Part shown: positions 46,122 to 46,384 of the stretch, piece by piece | Layout of the letters: each line of letters begins with the position of its first letter | How positions within the stretch are numbered: the stretch's first letter is position 1 | NCBI GenBank assembly: GCA_041739515.1 | Contig: JBGSNS010000013.1 | Location: forward strand, 1 to 46,384 | Reading direction: 5' to 3' | Source of the DNA: Bdellovibrionota bacterium | GTDB taxonomy: Bacteria > Bdellovibrionota_C > UBA2361 | Length of the DNA stretch: 46,384 nt | Translations under genes and position numbers: made by a program | The notes under the pieces: model-generated | What the model was told of the DNA's origin: nothing | Database searches by the model: none | Seen by the model: only the letters and a program-made list of their open reading frames with translations

Positions 46122-46384
46122 ATGAGTCGCACCGAAGAACCGCAACAGTCGGTTTATTTTTATCTCACGAGCCTTGCCGCACTAGGTGTCGTATTTGGCG
46201 ATATCGGAACGAGCCCTCTCTACACCATCCGAGAATGTTTCGACGGTCTGCATGGCATAGCGCTCAATCAAACCAACATCCTCGGTGTGCTTTCTCTAAT
46301 TTTTTGGGGAATGATCTCTATCGTTTCATTTAAATACATCGCCGTTGTTCTTCGAGCGGATAATAGGGGAGAAGGTGGCGTATT
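46122..46384 (+). CDS. kup: KUP/HAK/KT potassium transporter, 5' part (runs off the window)
   Basis: Manual translation gives MSRTEEP...[23 protein letters not shown]...[10 protein letters not shown]...[14 protein letters not shown]. Confidence 0.96.
   Translation, partial: MSRTEEPQQSVYFYLTSLAALGVVFGDIGTSPLYTIRECFDGLHGIALNQTNILGVLSLIFWGMISIVSFKYIAVVLRADNRGEGGV

Overview
A gene-dense bacterial chromosomal window. It encodes outer-membrane and periplasmic proteins, lipoproteins and a short flagellin. The gene content suggests a Gram-negative deltaproteobacterial/Bdellovibrionota-like organism, but this is inference only. Recognisable housekeeping content includes PBP1A, a GldAFG-like ABC operon with DUF4340, flagellin, an sseA-sufE-ribH-hydrolase operon, a stand-alone Hpt protein, an O-antigen ligase, SURF1, a cyclophilin, plant-type DapB, an M16C/PreP peptidase, an SDR epimerase, a DevCAB/TolC-like exporter, pdxH, nrdAB with a tandem NrdR-box pair, a rhodanese and the 5' part of kup. 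I found no rRNA, tRNA, CRISPR array, transposase or phage gene. The most notable items are: (1) a Hef/FANCM/Mph1-like SF2 helicase ending in a beta-clamp-like motif (QRGLF), 2 nt upstream of a RecJ nuclease; (2) a coupled KAS-III pair in which one partner has lost the whole catalytic triad (PqsBC-like); (3) a Chlamydia-type class Ic (Mn/Fe) ribonucleotide reductase with multiple ATP-cones; and (4) several REP/MITE-like intergenic repeat families. One of these families shows compensatory hairpin changes, supplies part of the pdxH ribosome-binding site and forms the C-terminus of the O-antigen ligase. All family calls come from motif recognition by eye; no searches were run.
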